From Podarcis tiliguerta (Eukaryota), in NCBI GenBank assembly GCA_965153285.1, contig OZ229117.1: a stretch of DNA of 64,000 bases; one strand, 5' to 3'. The notes beneath the pieces are model-generated. The model was given only the letters and a program-made list of their open reading frames with translations, did no database searches and was not told where the DNA came from. The translations under genes were made by a program, and so were the position numbers. The stretch's first letter is position 1, and every line of letters begins with the position of its first letter. Of this stretch, positions 48,366-61,421 are shown piece after piece.

Positions 48366-51300
48366 CTGCCATGGGAGAGAGAAGAAAGATGGTTAAAGAC
48401 ATGACAAGCAACGGCAACCGGGATGGAAACTGCCTTCCCGCTGCTGCCTCAACTCTCAACTAGACTCACACTTTGTACCTTCAGACATACGCCATTGATG
48501 CAAAAGCCCGGATACAAGGAACTAACCTTAACTTCAGGTTTTCAACAGTTAGGGGGTGTCTACTATCTCACTTAAAAGCAATGGTTATCTTGAAGGCACT
48601 TAACTGCAACATTTGCCATGTTGGGTCAAGAGTAAGAATCTGTCCAGCCCAATGTTTCATCTCCTGAATGATGCTGGGGGGGGGGGGGGGGGGCTGAACC
48701 ATGGCAGAGATAGCTGTCCTCTGTGTCTGCCAGCAGTGCCTGTAGGCCAAACCATTTGCTTCTGAGACTCTATACACCAGGTACTCCCACCCTGCTGGCT
48801 TGCTCACCTCACTGACATAGAATCTCACACACCTCATCCTCCTCCCTGCTGGATGGCTCAGTGGCACACTTAGCGCCAGAAATGTTTTGCTAATTCATGC
48901 CAAGAAGCAGCAGAATATTCAGCTCGTTACAATATTCATCAAGAGACTATTTGGCTCGAGAAAAACATTTCCGGATTTATGTCACAGTGATGCGACTGAG
49001 GCTTAGTGCCTCTTTATAAGACAGGACAATGGCAGCTTGCACATCTGACACCCACACAGTTTTAGAAGACTTTAAAAAAGAAGCTCTACTGTTGCCCTTT
49101 GACTCTATGTGGCCAGGAGTTAAATGCACCTTCCTTCTTGCTCCCATTAACAGTCCAATCCTCCTTGTAAGATTACAGCAAACAGCCCCGTTCCCAGGCC
49201 CCTTGGTTGCTCCAGGGCCCTGTAGAGGAGGAGATAAGGCCCTTTGCAAAAGGCAGCAACACAGATAAAGCAGGTAAACCTCTTGCAGTCAGTTAAGTCT
49301 AAGCAATGACACCTCAACTGTCATTCCACAAGAAAAGCAGTGCCTTCTCCTAACAGGCCCCTGCGTAAGGCCAGCTTGTTGGTAGGAGGGGAAGCCTGCC
49401 CAGCAACAGAGCTCATAACACAGGCTGGAGGACCCATTCACATAAGCAAGCAAACTCCCCATCACCCCATTTCAACAGAGGCAGCCCACTCAACAGAACA
49501 CCACACCCTGAGCCCCAGAACAGTCCTACAGCTTAAAGCAAATTGCAGTGCCAGAGCAGCATACCCTTCCTCCATAGCCAGTTTTGACACACAGGCTATG
49601 AAAGGAAAAGTTCTTCCACCAAGCAGACTGGCAGAGGAGGCTCAGTTATCTATCCTGGTTGTGGAGGATGAAACCTTCCTTCCACTGCAGCTAACACAGG
49701 ACTCAAACAGACTGATGGTGGTAGAGAAATGGAGTGATCTATCCCTCCTCCGTTAGTCCATTCACATGCCTGAACAGAATTCCCGGTCACTTATGGCTAC
49801 CAGGCTAGTGCTTAACTGCAAGGCTGGTACAAAGGGTAAGCCAACTGACAACTGTATGCAGGTTGCCTGTGCGCGCCAGGCTCAATCCATAATTGGTCTC
49901 TGGGTGTTCAAACAACTGCCAGGTTTAGAGCAATTCCTGTTGCCCTTCCATCAGGGCTCACCAACCCATATGCCCCCTAAAAGATGCTATGGACACCTCC
50001 ATAAGCCATTGCTCAATTCTGCCCATCCTTCAAGGCTCTCACTGAAACATGTGACACTTGCCTTTCTTCCATCCCAGCTGAATGGGATAATTATCTTGCC
50101 TACTGATCTCTGCTTGGCACAGAAAGATGAATGCACATGAGAATTTTAATCGGCTTATTTGTCTGAAAAGTGGTGGATCATTAAAGTTTATTCTGTTCAG
50201 CATTTTATGATTTGCCTGCCAGATGCAATGAGAGAACCAGGGAGTGGATCATTCTAAAATTCAGGGAGATAAAATACTGCTGTGCATATGTGTGTGCGTA
50301 TGCGAGGTGTGTGTTTTTTGTGCACAGAGGTACTTTTTTTTTTTTTTAAGAGTCTCTTATCATCAGGTACATGTGACTACAAACACTCAAAGCAGGGCAT
50401 AAGGCAGTCATTTGGCTCATATTGAATGAAGAATTCCAAGATGGACCAGGCTAGGTTTCAAAGTCAGCAGCTCAAAACTGTGAGATCTTAGACCTCAAGA
50501 GTACACAGCTGAACAAAGGGATCAGTGGCAGAAATGTGGTAAAGGTCTCTAGTCGGAACCCATTGCAAGGTTGCAACCTAGCCTAAAACAAGTTGCAACA
50601 GCAACAGTACTACCACCATACAAATAAATGGCAAAAAAAAAAGTGGGTACCCTAATGCCATTCTGGGCTAAGAATAGGTGCTGAATCTGAAAAGGTTGAA
50701 TGAAAACTCCTCCTAAAAGGGGTGTGTGACAATAAATCATACTGTCCTTCCCTTATTACAGTCAATAGATTAAAGTCAAGTGCAGCTTTCTGAGACGGGG
50801 TGGATTTTGGTCCCACCTTAGCCCTGGACAAGCCCAATACTCTGGAAGGGACTCTGGAAGTCATCTAGTTTCAGCTGCTGCTCAAACAGCACCCTGTTTA
50901 AGAAAAGTTACTACAGGGTATGCACAGATACTCAGAAGCTGTTTGCTAATTAAAACATGCCAGAAAAACAATCACTACTGTAGTGATTTGCCTTTGACAG
51001 AGGTAAAATCCAAAGCAGGCACCTAACCACCTTCCAGGCTGGTGGAAGGGAGGGGCAACAGAGGGCAGCCAGGGCAGCCTGAAGCAGCAAAATAGCATTT
51101 TTCAGGAGCTGTTCAGTTGCATGGCTCTGGGGATGACCAGATGTTTGAAGCCTGCAACTGTCTTGTTAGGTGGAGTGAAATGGCAAATCAGACCAAGATG
51201 CAGCAAGGTCACTTAGGAAGCAAATTTTGGCTCCAGTCAGGAAACATTCTGCCCCATGAAGCACCCCAAACTTTTGCCAGCCTCGCTGCATCAAGCCCAC

Positions 51301-52237
51301 TGCAATGACTCAACAACCCAATCTCTTCTCCAATTCACTGTCTTTGTCTTGGAGTACATCAGCAAGCGGCAATTAGCAGCCACATTTCTGAGTCCAATTT
51401 CAGAGCCCAATTAGCTGGCCCAGAAGGGCGAGATGAAAGTTCCAATGTAATCCTGGGGAGCCAATCAGGGTCTGGCCTGGGGTGGGAAGAAGTGCTTCCT
51501 GCCATGCACCAAGAGCATTCCCTGCCACAACAATCTGTATCCAGGTTAACTCCAATTCTAGCCTGTCCAACCTCAACATCTGAGGGTTGGGACATGTATT
51601 TTTTTTTTTTTATAAAAAAAGCAGTGATTATTTCTAAACTTTACAAATGCTGTAGCACCGTGAGACACAGCAATGAGTGATGACTACAATTTGCAGAGCA
51701 CTTCCCACATTCACACCATACATTCAAAGCAGGATTCTTTGGGGGAGGCCATATGCTTCAGATGCATGGTGCAGATAAGCCCATGAACATGTGGACTTAA
51801 GGAGGAGGAAGTTATTTGTGCAAATAAAAGCAATTACTAGACAAAGTGTCTAGCGCTCCTCAACCTTTTCACGGGAGGCAATATTAACTTAACAGCTTAA
51901 ACCTTTAAGAAGTTCTCTTCTCCTAGCAGCCAGGCTCATTAACAGCACCATACTGGAACAACTTAGAGGGGGATTTTCTGACAAACTGGAACAACAAAGT
52001 GTGGCAAACTGTATTTGTGGAAAAATTAAATAAAACTGACACAAGGCCTGGAGCACAAAGACTCATTTGGAATCAAATGGAACAGTTTTGTTTATGTATA
52101 TGGCTAAAAATGAAAACAGAGGACTTTCCTCACGTTACTAAACTTTGGTTAACTTAAACGGTTTATCACCTTCTATACAAACAGTAGTCTGGGATAAGAA
52201 GCTTACATTATTTGCTTAAACACCAGCATTCAGAAAA

Positions 52238-52275
<38 letters not shown>

Positions 52276-52278
52276 TAA

Positions 52279-52600
52279 TATTATTTGTACCCCGCCCATC
52301 TGGCTGGGTTTCCCCAGCCACTCTGGGCGGCTTCCAACAAAGATGAAAAATACACTAAAATGTAAACAGGGCTGCCTTCAGATGTCTTCTGAATGTCAGG
52401 TAGTTGTTTATCGCTTTGACATCTGATGGGAGGGCGTTCCACAGGGTGGGCGCCACTACCGAGAAGGCCCTCTGCCTGGTTCTCTATAACTTGGCCTCTC
52501 GCAGTGAGGGAACCGCCAGAAGGCCCTCGGAGCTGGACCTCAGTGTCCGGGCAGAACGATGGGGGTGGAGACACTCCTTCAGATATACTGGACCGAGGCC
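52279..52600 (-). mobile_element. L2-like LINE 3' fragment next to a (TAA)n microsatellite (52239-52278)
   Basis: GPVYLKECLHPHRSARTLRSSSEGLLAVP, an L2-type ORF2 end; second copy at the window end. Confidence 0.75.
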
Positions 52601-54409
52601 TACATACATATGTGTGTAGATGTTATATGTTTGAATGAATTTAATGAAGAAAGAAAAGAAGCAGCAGCTGCCTCTTCCTGAGTCAGCCAGCTGGTTCATT
52701 TAACCCAGGGCTGTCTCCTCTTACTGGTGAGGACTCTGCAGGGCAGAGAAGGGTGACCCCCAGCCCTGCAAAGAGCCTGGTGAATATGGGGCTTGATGCA
52801 GGCAATGGGTGTTCTTTGCCACCAAGCAATGGCACTTCCTCCTTCCTACCTTATCTCGGAGTAAGAGGTACGATAAAGGAATTCTTATGTGTTTCAAGTT
52901 GTCAAAGAATCCTCTCACCATGGACCTTCCCCCTCATTCAACCCCCACCCTCTGTTCCTGCCAGCTGAAATAAGCAAACAACAACAAGGGGAGGATTATT
53001 TTTATCTGCATTTCGAAAGGAGTTAGACCTGCTGTGCAACAAGATCCCCCCCCCCGCCCTTGCACTAAATGTGCCAGGAATAAACAGGCGAAAGCCGGGC
53101 TCACGTCAGGGGGAGGCTGAGAAAATGCTGAGTCACGCACAGCTCTTGCGCTTCCTGCTCTGAGCAGCGGAGTGGAAATTTCTGCCTCGGCGCTGTGAAT
53201 TCTTTCAGCACCCTGAGAACTTTCCGTGCCCACAGGAAGTCACTTGCCAGGTTAAATGCTGGGTGCATCCGAGGGACCACCAAGGAAAGACATGACAAAA
53301 CCAGCAACACCTCACACCCTTACACAATCCCAGCTCTGAAATGTCCCGTGGATGAGGACAGGCTTGCAGTCCCTGGGAAAGATTAGGCAAGGGATCACTC
53401 TCACAGCATCTCATGAGCAGGCCGGACCCGGAAAAGGTATGGTTCCACTCTCACCACCTTAATGCATTTGGCAATTTAATCCTACTTCTAGCTACAAGCA
53501 ACAAGGCCCCTGGGTATTTCATGCTTTCCTTCGAAAGCCAGCCGTGACCTAATGACACTTAAAATAGCTGCCTTAGATTTCAGAAGGTCTTTATGAAATT
53601 GTTGCCAAAACAGCTCACTGGAAAAGCATCCATAGTCTATAAGATGGCTCAGTGGCTTCAAAGCTCCTTAAAGCCACACCTTCTCCATCCGTCTACACAA
53701 AGTTCCACGGAGAGCTATTTATATAAAATATAGATATTCTCTGCCTATCAATTCTGCATGCAGAATGTAAGCCAGCATTAGCAAAAGCTTCATTTAAGGT
53801 TCTCAAAAGAGGGATTCTTTTTTCTTTTCTTTTTTAGGGAATGGAGTGGACCACATATCAAAATATCAGTCCAGCTGCAAGAGTTTTGCTTTTTAAAAGA
53901 AGCAAAAAGAGGAAGGCTGCATCCTGTGACTGCAGAGCTAAACTTCTCTGAGATTATTCCTCAGCCTAGCAAAGGACACTGCTGGTGATCCAGGGCAAAA
54001 AGGAAGAAGACTAGCATATCCTTACATGAAATGGCCCGAGAGACCTTGGCTGGCACTGCTGCACGTTCCCATCTGTAGAGCTTCCTTCTAAACACAACAT
54101 GCTTTTGAGTCACATTATGAATTAAAGCAAACCCCCATCTCCTCCCACTCCATTGATGAATTGCCGCAACAGGCACAAAACAAAATGCTTTTGGGCACTG
54201 GGGACAAAAGGACAACAGTCAACATGACTTTTCCTCAAAAGCCCACACAGAAAATGACATCCCCCATGCTGTTTTCTATGGCAGCACACCGATGACAGCG
54301 TATTACATCATGCCATATTTACATGTGATATGGGATCCAAGACACGCTGCTTTATTAAAGCAGAGTCTACCATCAGGAAGTGCTGTGGAAGGCTGAGCAA
54401 AGAGTTGGA

Positions 54410-54530
54410 AGAGACCCTGAGGATCATCTAGTTCAACATCCTGCAACGCAAGAATATGCAGCTGTACCTTACAGGGATTGCCCCTGCAATCTTGGCGTTA
54501 TCAGCACCATGCTCTAACCACACTGCTACA
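54410..54530 (-). mobile_element. Degenerate tRNA-Ile-like SINE with CR1-type tail
   Basis: minus strand TAGCAGTGTGGTTAGAGCATGGTGCTGATAACGCCAAG...; tail GTTGAACTAGATGATCCTCAGGG. Confidence 0.6.
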
Positions 54531-56242
54531 GCCAAGAGGGAACCAAGCTGTAGAGAACTCTGGAAATGCCTTGCAGGAAAACATGACTCACGTAAGGCAC
54601 CACATAGGAGAACGCTGCTCACCAAAGCCTATGGCACAATTCCTAATGCCGTTTCCACTACTACTATACTTTACCCAGCCAAATGGGACAGGAAGGGGAC
54701 AATCCTACAGTAAGCCACATAGGAAAAGGCAGCCAAGGTCACAAAACTCCAGAGTCGTGAGTGGGTGTGGAATTTCTGAAATTCAGAATCTCTTCATTTC
54801 GGAAGGCAAATCGCTGGTTCTGGGCTACCTGAATATTAAACAAAGTCTAACTACATTCTTGGGAGTTAAAATAATAAACCTCCTATTCATGAAAACTTAG
54901 AAAACTGCAAAAACCCTTTCAAGTAGGACAATAAAAATATTTTTCCAGAAAAGCATCTTGTAGATAGGGGACGTTTTATTCTCTGCCACTCAGAGCATCA
55001 TCAGTTGGGCCAAGAAAACTCTAAATCAAGGGGTAAAACGCTCAGATACTCAAGTGGGACACCTTTGCAAGAACTCAACAGGGCTGCACGACTATGTTAA
55101 CCACAGAACAGCTTTGTTACAAAAGTTAAATGTCTTCTATGACCCATTCTCTGTTAACCCACTTCCCTCCCTGTCCATGCCTTACAGCACCACTTCTCTA
55201 TTCTCCCTTTGTGAGCCTCTCTTTTCCCCTTTATGTGCCACACCATGTGCTTCTGGATCCAGGAAGACAAAAGGAGCAACACAGAAGTCATGCTGCAAGC
55301 TGCATTTTCCTGTCCCCACCCCTTTGGACCGCTTTCAGTGGACCTTGGATAGCTCTCTGCGGCTCCCACACACCAACACACCATAAAGGTTTGGAACCGA
55401 AACTTTCCTATTTTAATTAAACACCTTCCTAAAGGAAACATTTTGAACCTGAGCAATGAGTGAGCGCCAAACCAAGTATAAGCGACTTTCAATGCAAGAC
55501 CAGCCCTCCCTCGGCACTGCCAAACTGAGGTTAGTGCGAAAAGCTTCACTTTCTGACCTCCTCACATGCAAAATCCCTTATAAGCAATCCTGAATAAAGG
55601 GTGTGGAGGGAAAATGGAATCCCTGCTGTTTGAGGGACAGCCCAAGTAGTCAAGAGGGTGGCACCCAATGCTCATCCTACTCAGAGTAGACCCACTGAAG
55701 TTAATGGGTATGACTAATGATAATTAATTTCAATGGGTGTACTGTGTGTAAAACAAATGTTGGACACAACCCAGAGTGTATGGGGGAGGCAGATGTGGGC
55801 CGACAGGTACAGCGACTGCCAATGGCTGGGAACACAGGTGGGCCTTTAAAATGCTAAGCCACCATCCTCAGACTGGACACGGAGCTAAGACTCTCACCCT
55901 GCACATCTACGCCTACTCCAAATTTGAAACTTTGCCATAGAATTTAACACTTTCCAAGACAGAGCAACAGCTTTGAAGCAAAAAGTCCAGATGGCATGGT
56001 AAGATGCCTCAAGGGCAAAATACTGAATGGAGCTCCTCCATACATCTCAAGTTCTCAACGTGTTTTTAAGGCTCCCCATGAACATTCCTTCTGCCCTGAG
56101 TCTTCCACGCCTTTGCAGGAGGGGCCTCCCCTGTAAGCCACAATGGCCCCACCCTAAATGAGATCTCCACCCATTAGAAAAACAAGAGCCAGGCTTTTCC
56201 AGCGGGGCATCACTTAACCTTTTTTTTCCTCTTGTCACTCAC

Positions 56243-56347
56243 CATCCCACATCCCAGAATCCTTTGCACCAGTTCCCTTGGATCTTCAAAAAGACTGCTG
56301 GCTCTTGGGTGGGGTGGAAAGCTTCTGTCCCTCCTCCCTCCTGGCTG
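56243..56347 (-). other. Candidate alternative (first or cassette) EIF4G3 exon ending in ATG|GT
   Basis: long CT tract, ctccag|CAG...GGGATG|gtgagt; 105 nt, open, phase 0 with the next exon. Confidence 0.4.
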
Positions 56348-58879
56348 CTGGAGCGAGAGTGAAAGAGAGCGACAGAGTAAGAGAGAAAGAAAGAGAGTGA
56401 CAGAGAAAGAGACAGAGAGAGGGGGAGAGGGGGGTGGGGAGGACGAGAATGATGGCGGGTGGGTGGGGGATGGACAGGGGTTGGCACATCTCCACGTCAA
56501 TGCTCCATTCTCTCTCCCCTTCTACCAGGCTGATGGGAGCAGATGCATCCCCTCCAACTTCTCAAAATACTTTCTACACACCTGGATGGGGACGACCTCC
56601 CTTTCTACCTGCCTTTTTACAATGGGCTAAATGAACAAAAGCATCCCAGGGACATTTCTACCCATTCTTCCCCTACTCTAGGACTAGGGAATTGTTGTCA
56701 GCAGAGCTTGGTACTCTAGATAAAAGGGTACCCATTAGTAGTGACCTGTCCTGTCATTATGCTCTCAGTGGCTTCAAGTGCAGGACTCTGCTAATCTCAA
56801 AACAGCAATGTGAAAGGTCTGTGGACCAGTTGCCATCAATTCTCAACGCCCCCTGCAGGAGACCAGCTCCTTTATTTGACACCCCCCTCTCCAAGTCTCC
56901 TGTGAGGTTGCAGGGATCTGAATGGGGAAACCAAATGGATCTATGCAGGCAACCCTTTTTACAGAACAAGCTACTATGCGCTTCAGTAAGACTGCCTCTC
57001 CAGGGGGGAAAACGAAAAAGTGGAGAAATACGATCAGTTATCAGAGACAGGTGACCAATACATTTTCCTACGATCAGCACGCTACACTCATGACAACATC
57101 CCAAAGATGAATGTACAAGACTTTATATATTCTTATGCCATGTATCAAAAATGTGAATTACTTTTGGTAAATTTAGGCCTGTGCCCTGGAAAGAAGCAAG
57201 AGTGCATATCCTGTTAACAACTGAGAATACAGGCAAAATATTGGTTAACAATTGCCTTAAGTCCTGAGTGGGTGAGCAATGGATCCCCCCTTTTTGTAAG
57301 TGGAGGAAGTGGTGGCATTCAAAATTATCTGGACCCATTAGAGAAAGATCTATAACAAATGAACAAGAAGTGCCTCTTGTTGGCAGACAAAGAATTGCAA
57401 GACCTTCTGAGGCAAGGAGGACACCCCTTGCTTTTGTTTAGAATCAAACTAAGAAGCCTAGCAGACTCTGTGCAGGGCTGACCTGCCAGACTTGGCCGTG
57501 ACTTAAGTTCAGGTAAGAAATCTGGAGAAGGTGTTACACAATCAGAGGTGCAACATTCTGAAGTGACTTTCTGTGGAAGAACCTCACTGTACTCAGGACT
57601 TAACTGATAAATTCGTAAGGAATATTTGCAGTTTTTTCTGATGCCTGGAGGTGGGAAAAGGTTGTGGCTTTCATCTCTCTTCTGGAATATTGGGGATTGA
57701 CACAGGAGTTGGAGGTCGTAGAGATGCAGCTGGGCAGGGTAGCTGTTTCTGGTGCCCACAACAGTTACTACAGTAGCTACTCCACAACTTTCAGAGCACT
57801 TTTTGTCTTCTTTGGTTAGGCTCTTAACACACAAGACTACACAAAATCCTTTTCTATCAATAAACTTGGCAGCAAGTTTTGAGCTGAACTGGTGGGGTGT
57901 CATGCCTACTGTCACATGATGCACATGTCAAGTCCACTGGAAAAGGTGCAACAACTTGAGTGACTCATGCACTGTCTGGCTGGAGGAAACAGATGCAGAG
58001 GGTTCTCTCATGCCTGTATAAAAAAAAGCTCAACCTCGCCTCACCCCCAATTCCTCCTTTACTAAGGAACCAAAATGGGGCCCTGCATCACGCTTCAGGG
58101 TCTGGAAGTTATCATGGGAATCAAAGCAGCTGATTATGTTCCAAGTAGGATTTCAAGCACCAGCTCATCTGTCCGAGAACCAAGACTTCTAGTCTCATGC
58201 AGGAATCTACAGAAACAAAGAAGGGGCCGATGCCCCCTCCACTTGTATGCTTCTGAAAGCTCCCACACACTCTGCCTTGAGGCATCATTGCCAAGGAGGC
58301 CTTGGTGCTCAGCAGCTCACTGCCTGAAGCTGCCACAGGTCACATTGCCTAGGCATGAGGCCCACCCTTGGACAGCGCATCTGCCCTACCTTTGCTAACT
58401 ACAAATACATTCCTCCTCTGCTTTGCCACGTCATCCCTCGTCTCTTGGAAACGTTTTGAGGAATTAAGTGATTAAAAACAAGTTATGGTTTTCAATTATC
58501 TAAATTCCTTGTCCACATGTATTATTTTTACTGTGTCCATTTTCTCTTTCAGCACATGCAATGAGTGCTGGTCAGAAAAGAAAAATGTACCTGCCTAAAG
58601 GCATGTTATTAAAATCACCGCCACTTAGCAAAAAAAAAAGCGTTTGGTCTGACACGAGAGGCGTCCCTGCCAATTTCCAATTGAGGGGGTTGGGGTGGGG
58701 AGCGCCCTAAAGGGAACCCCTCTCCTCTTCCCCTGTCCTTGGCCAGCAAGAGGAAGAGCAGCTCAAGTGAAAGTAGCATGCAGACCAGGGTTAGCACTGC
58801 GCAAAGCCAAGATCTCACCCACACCCCATAAACTTATAGAAAGGCAACTCAGACCTGAGAAGCAGGCGCCAAACCTTAC

Positions 58880-59008
58880 CTGGGTGAGGCTTGGGGAGGA
58901 GGCATGTCCTGGTGGCGTTGCAGCAAGGGATGGGTGCCCCTTGCCTATTTCATGTGCAGGGTAAGGGGAGGGGGCAGGAGGGCCTGGCTGTCTCGCAACC
59001 TGCGTGAC
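58880..59008 (-). CDS. EIF4G3: EIF4G3 upstream exon (129 nt), in frame and ATG-less: VTQVARQPGPPAPSPYPAHEIGKGHPSLAATPPGHASSPSLTQ (N-terminal extension or 5' leader)
   Basis: ctcacag|GTC...CAG|gtaagg; phase 0-0; the peptide resembles the recalled mammalian eIF4GII N-terminal extension. Confidence 0.85.
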
Positions 59009-60128
59009 CTGTGAGGAGATAAACTGTTAGTAAAACCAGAGATTAGTAAAGCTCCCTCCATGGGGGTTCATTTACATGCTGAGGCTACAGACCTGGGGAG
59101 GAAAAGGAAGCGATCCATCCTTTGGCTCACAATTAGCTACCACCGGATACACTCACCGTCTCTCTGGCCACCCGTAAAAAAGGACAGGGAGAGCAAGAGG
59201 CTGCAGGAGCAGAGCTTGTTCACACGCCTGATCTTGCATCTCAGAACTTGAACACAGATGAAGGGTACATCTCGAATGGCAAAAGGGCGAGCCTTTCACC
59301 TGGTCAACATTGCCTTGCTTTGAGAAATCTTTAGAGCTTCAGTAACGAGAAAGCACTTATCTTTCCTTGTAAAACTTCCCATTATTTCCCAATGCATCCC
59401 CGCCCTTGGCACATGCTCGGTCCGCATCAAGCATCCAATGGAAACAGGTGGCTGGCAATTATTTTGGAATTCTTAAATTCCTATTTGGCCCTGAGACACA
59501 CTCAAAGAGGCTTCCCCCAAAAAAGATAAATCCTACAGTTTGTAGCCAATGCTAGTCCTACTCAAGAGTAAAGCTAATGAAGTTAATGGACACAACTGAT
59601 TTAGGTATACACTGAGTGAAACTTAGCTGGATGCAACCCCATAAAATTGCACTGAAGGAGCACTAAACACAACCCTCATTGCAAGTCAAACAGCAGCACT
59701 CTGAAGCTGAAAGTGGGCACAGAAGTCACTCAATGCCTGGCAGAGAAGAAAGACTGAAAACAGGCCTGAAGGTGGTCTCCTTAGAAGGAAGTCCTAGAAC
59801 ACCTGATGACGCAGGTGAAGAAGCTCATCTTCCAAGAGGCGACAGAGCTGGTAACAGCAGCTCTCCCCATTTGATTTTTCACTCGCAGACTGGAGGAGCA
59901 ACTTGGGAAAGGTCCTCCTGGAGAGATCCAGAGCCCAGGCTGTGCAGGGCCTGATTGGTCCAAACAATTGGAACAATTCAATATGAGGACATCAAGTTTT
60001 AATATTTTAAATCCCCAAGGAAAGAGATACTAATTTGAAATCACTCGGTTCAACTAACTTTCCCAAATTTTACTTTATTGTTATTATTTACTAGATTCTG
60101 AGTAACTTACAGTATATTTAAAAACACA

Positions 60129-60248
60129 GGGTTGTCTCCAACAAAGTCCTACCCAGAGTAGACCCACTGAAACTAATGGCCCTAAGTTAGCCGTGCTTAT
60201 CAATTTCAATAGGTTTACTTTGAGTAGGACTAATATGGGATACAACCC
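60129..60248. mobile_element. Hairpin MITE family of about 120 bp (other copies near 789-903, 38030-38150, 55656-55772, 59537-59640)
   Basis: palindromic GGGTTGTxTCCAA...CCTACTCAGAGTAGACCCA...TGAGTAGGACT...GGATACAACCC, recurring through the window. Confidence 0.75.
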
Positions 60249-61179
60249 ATAAGCATTAAGCAAAACATATTGTACTATCAGCACATTCACACAGAAACAT
60301 ATGCAATTCATTAAAAAATAATCATAATATACGAACCCACCCTTCCACAGCAGAAACAGAAAGCTTTGGCAGCACGCTAACAGATTTTGCAAATCATGCA
60401 ATTGCAATCAGTGGCTGTGAACTATCCTTTACCAACCAGATATTTAGGACTACAAATCCCATTTTCCACAGAGAGCTCCAGCATGACACAAGAGCTTCAG
60501 TCCAAAATTTCTAGAGGGCACAAGGATGGTGACGGTCACTATAAACAAATTAATGCATGTTGGTTTGCAACTAAATGAAACTTTTTGACTGCCTACCTAG
60601 TAGCATACATAAAGGAAAACCTTTTGTATCTGCTCAGAGGCAATAAAGGCGGGGAGCAATTGCAAAAACACTGTGATTTCTGTGTGGTTCTATATACACA
60701 AGCGAAGATACTAAGGGAGAACACTGAAAGGCCACAAACCAGTGGAATGAGATGCCCTGGATTGTGGGCCAAAGTCCCAGAACTGCACAGTAGCAAGGCA
60801 GGTAATTACTGAACAAAAACTGCTTTTCTTCACAACATTTGGCTGCTAGAGAGTCATAAACACACATGAATTTACTGTAACGACACATTACATATTGAAT
60901 CATGCTTATAATGCTTGGCCTGAGAAGTCAAAACACCCCACCATGGAGTTTCCTTTTGCACAGAAAAATGGGCTTTAATTTAGTGTATATGAGAGAGGGT
61001 CATGGGCTCCAGTTTTAAGAGGGTAGGGCACAATTTAATCCCACAGCATGCAAAACAGGGCAAAAGCCCGAGTCCTAAAATTTCCAGTTTGAAACAGTTG
61101 TGAATATTAACCTAATGCTGAAGCTGACAGAAAATGCACATCGCCATAGATGTCACCTGATTCAGGAGTGCCCTTAACC

Positions 61180-61421
61180 CATGGGTAGGCAGCCTAAGGC
61201 CGGATGCGGCCCAATCGCCTTCTCAATCCGGCCAGCGGACAGTCCGGGAATCAACATGTTTTTACATGAGTAGAATGTTTGCTTTTATTTAAAATGCATC
61301 TCTGGGTTATTTGTGGGGCACAGGAATTCGTTCATTTCCCCCCCAAAAATATAGTCCAGCCCACCACATGGTGTGAGGGACAGTGGACTGGCCCACAGCT
61401 GAAAAAGGTTGCTGACCCCTG
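61180..61421. mobile_element. hAT-type MITE with 8-bp TSD CCTTAACC
   Basis: ends CATGGGTAGGCA / TGCTGACCCCTG, GGCCGGATGCGGCCC subterminal motif; TSD 61172-61179 and 61422-61429. Confidence 0.82.

Noticed and set aside
1820-54530. tRNA-like sequences (about 1820-1883, 13460-13525, 29860-29940, 38245-38315, 54470-54530) as tRNA genes
   Set aside because: All are degenerate heads attached to SINE bodies or tails.
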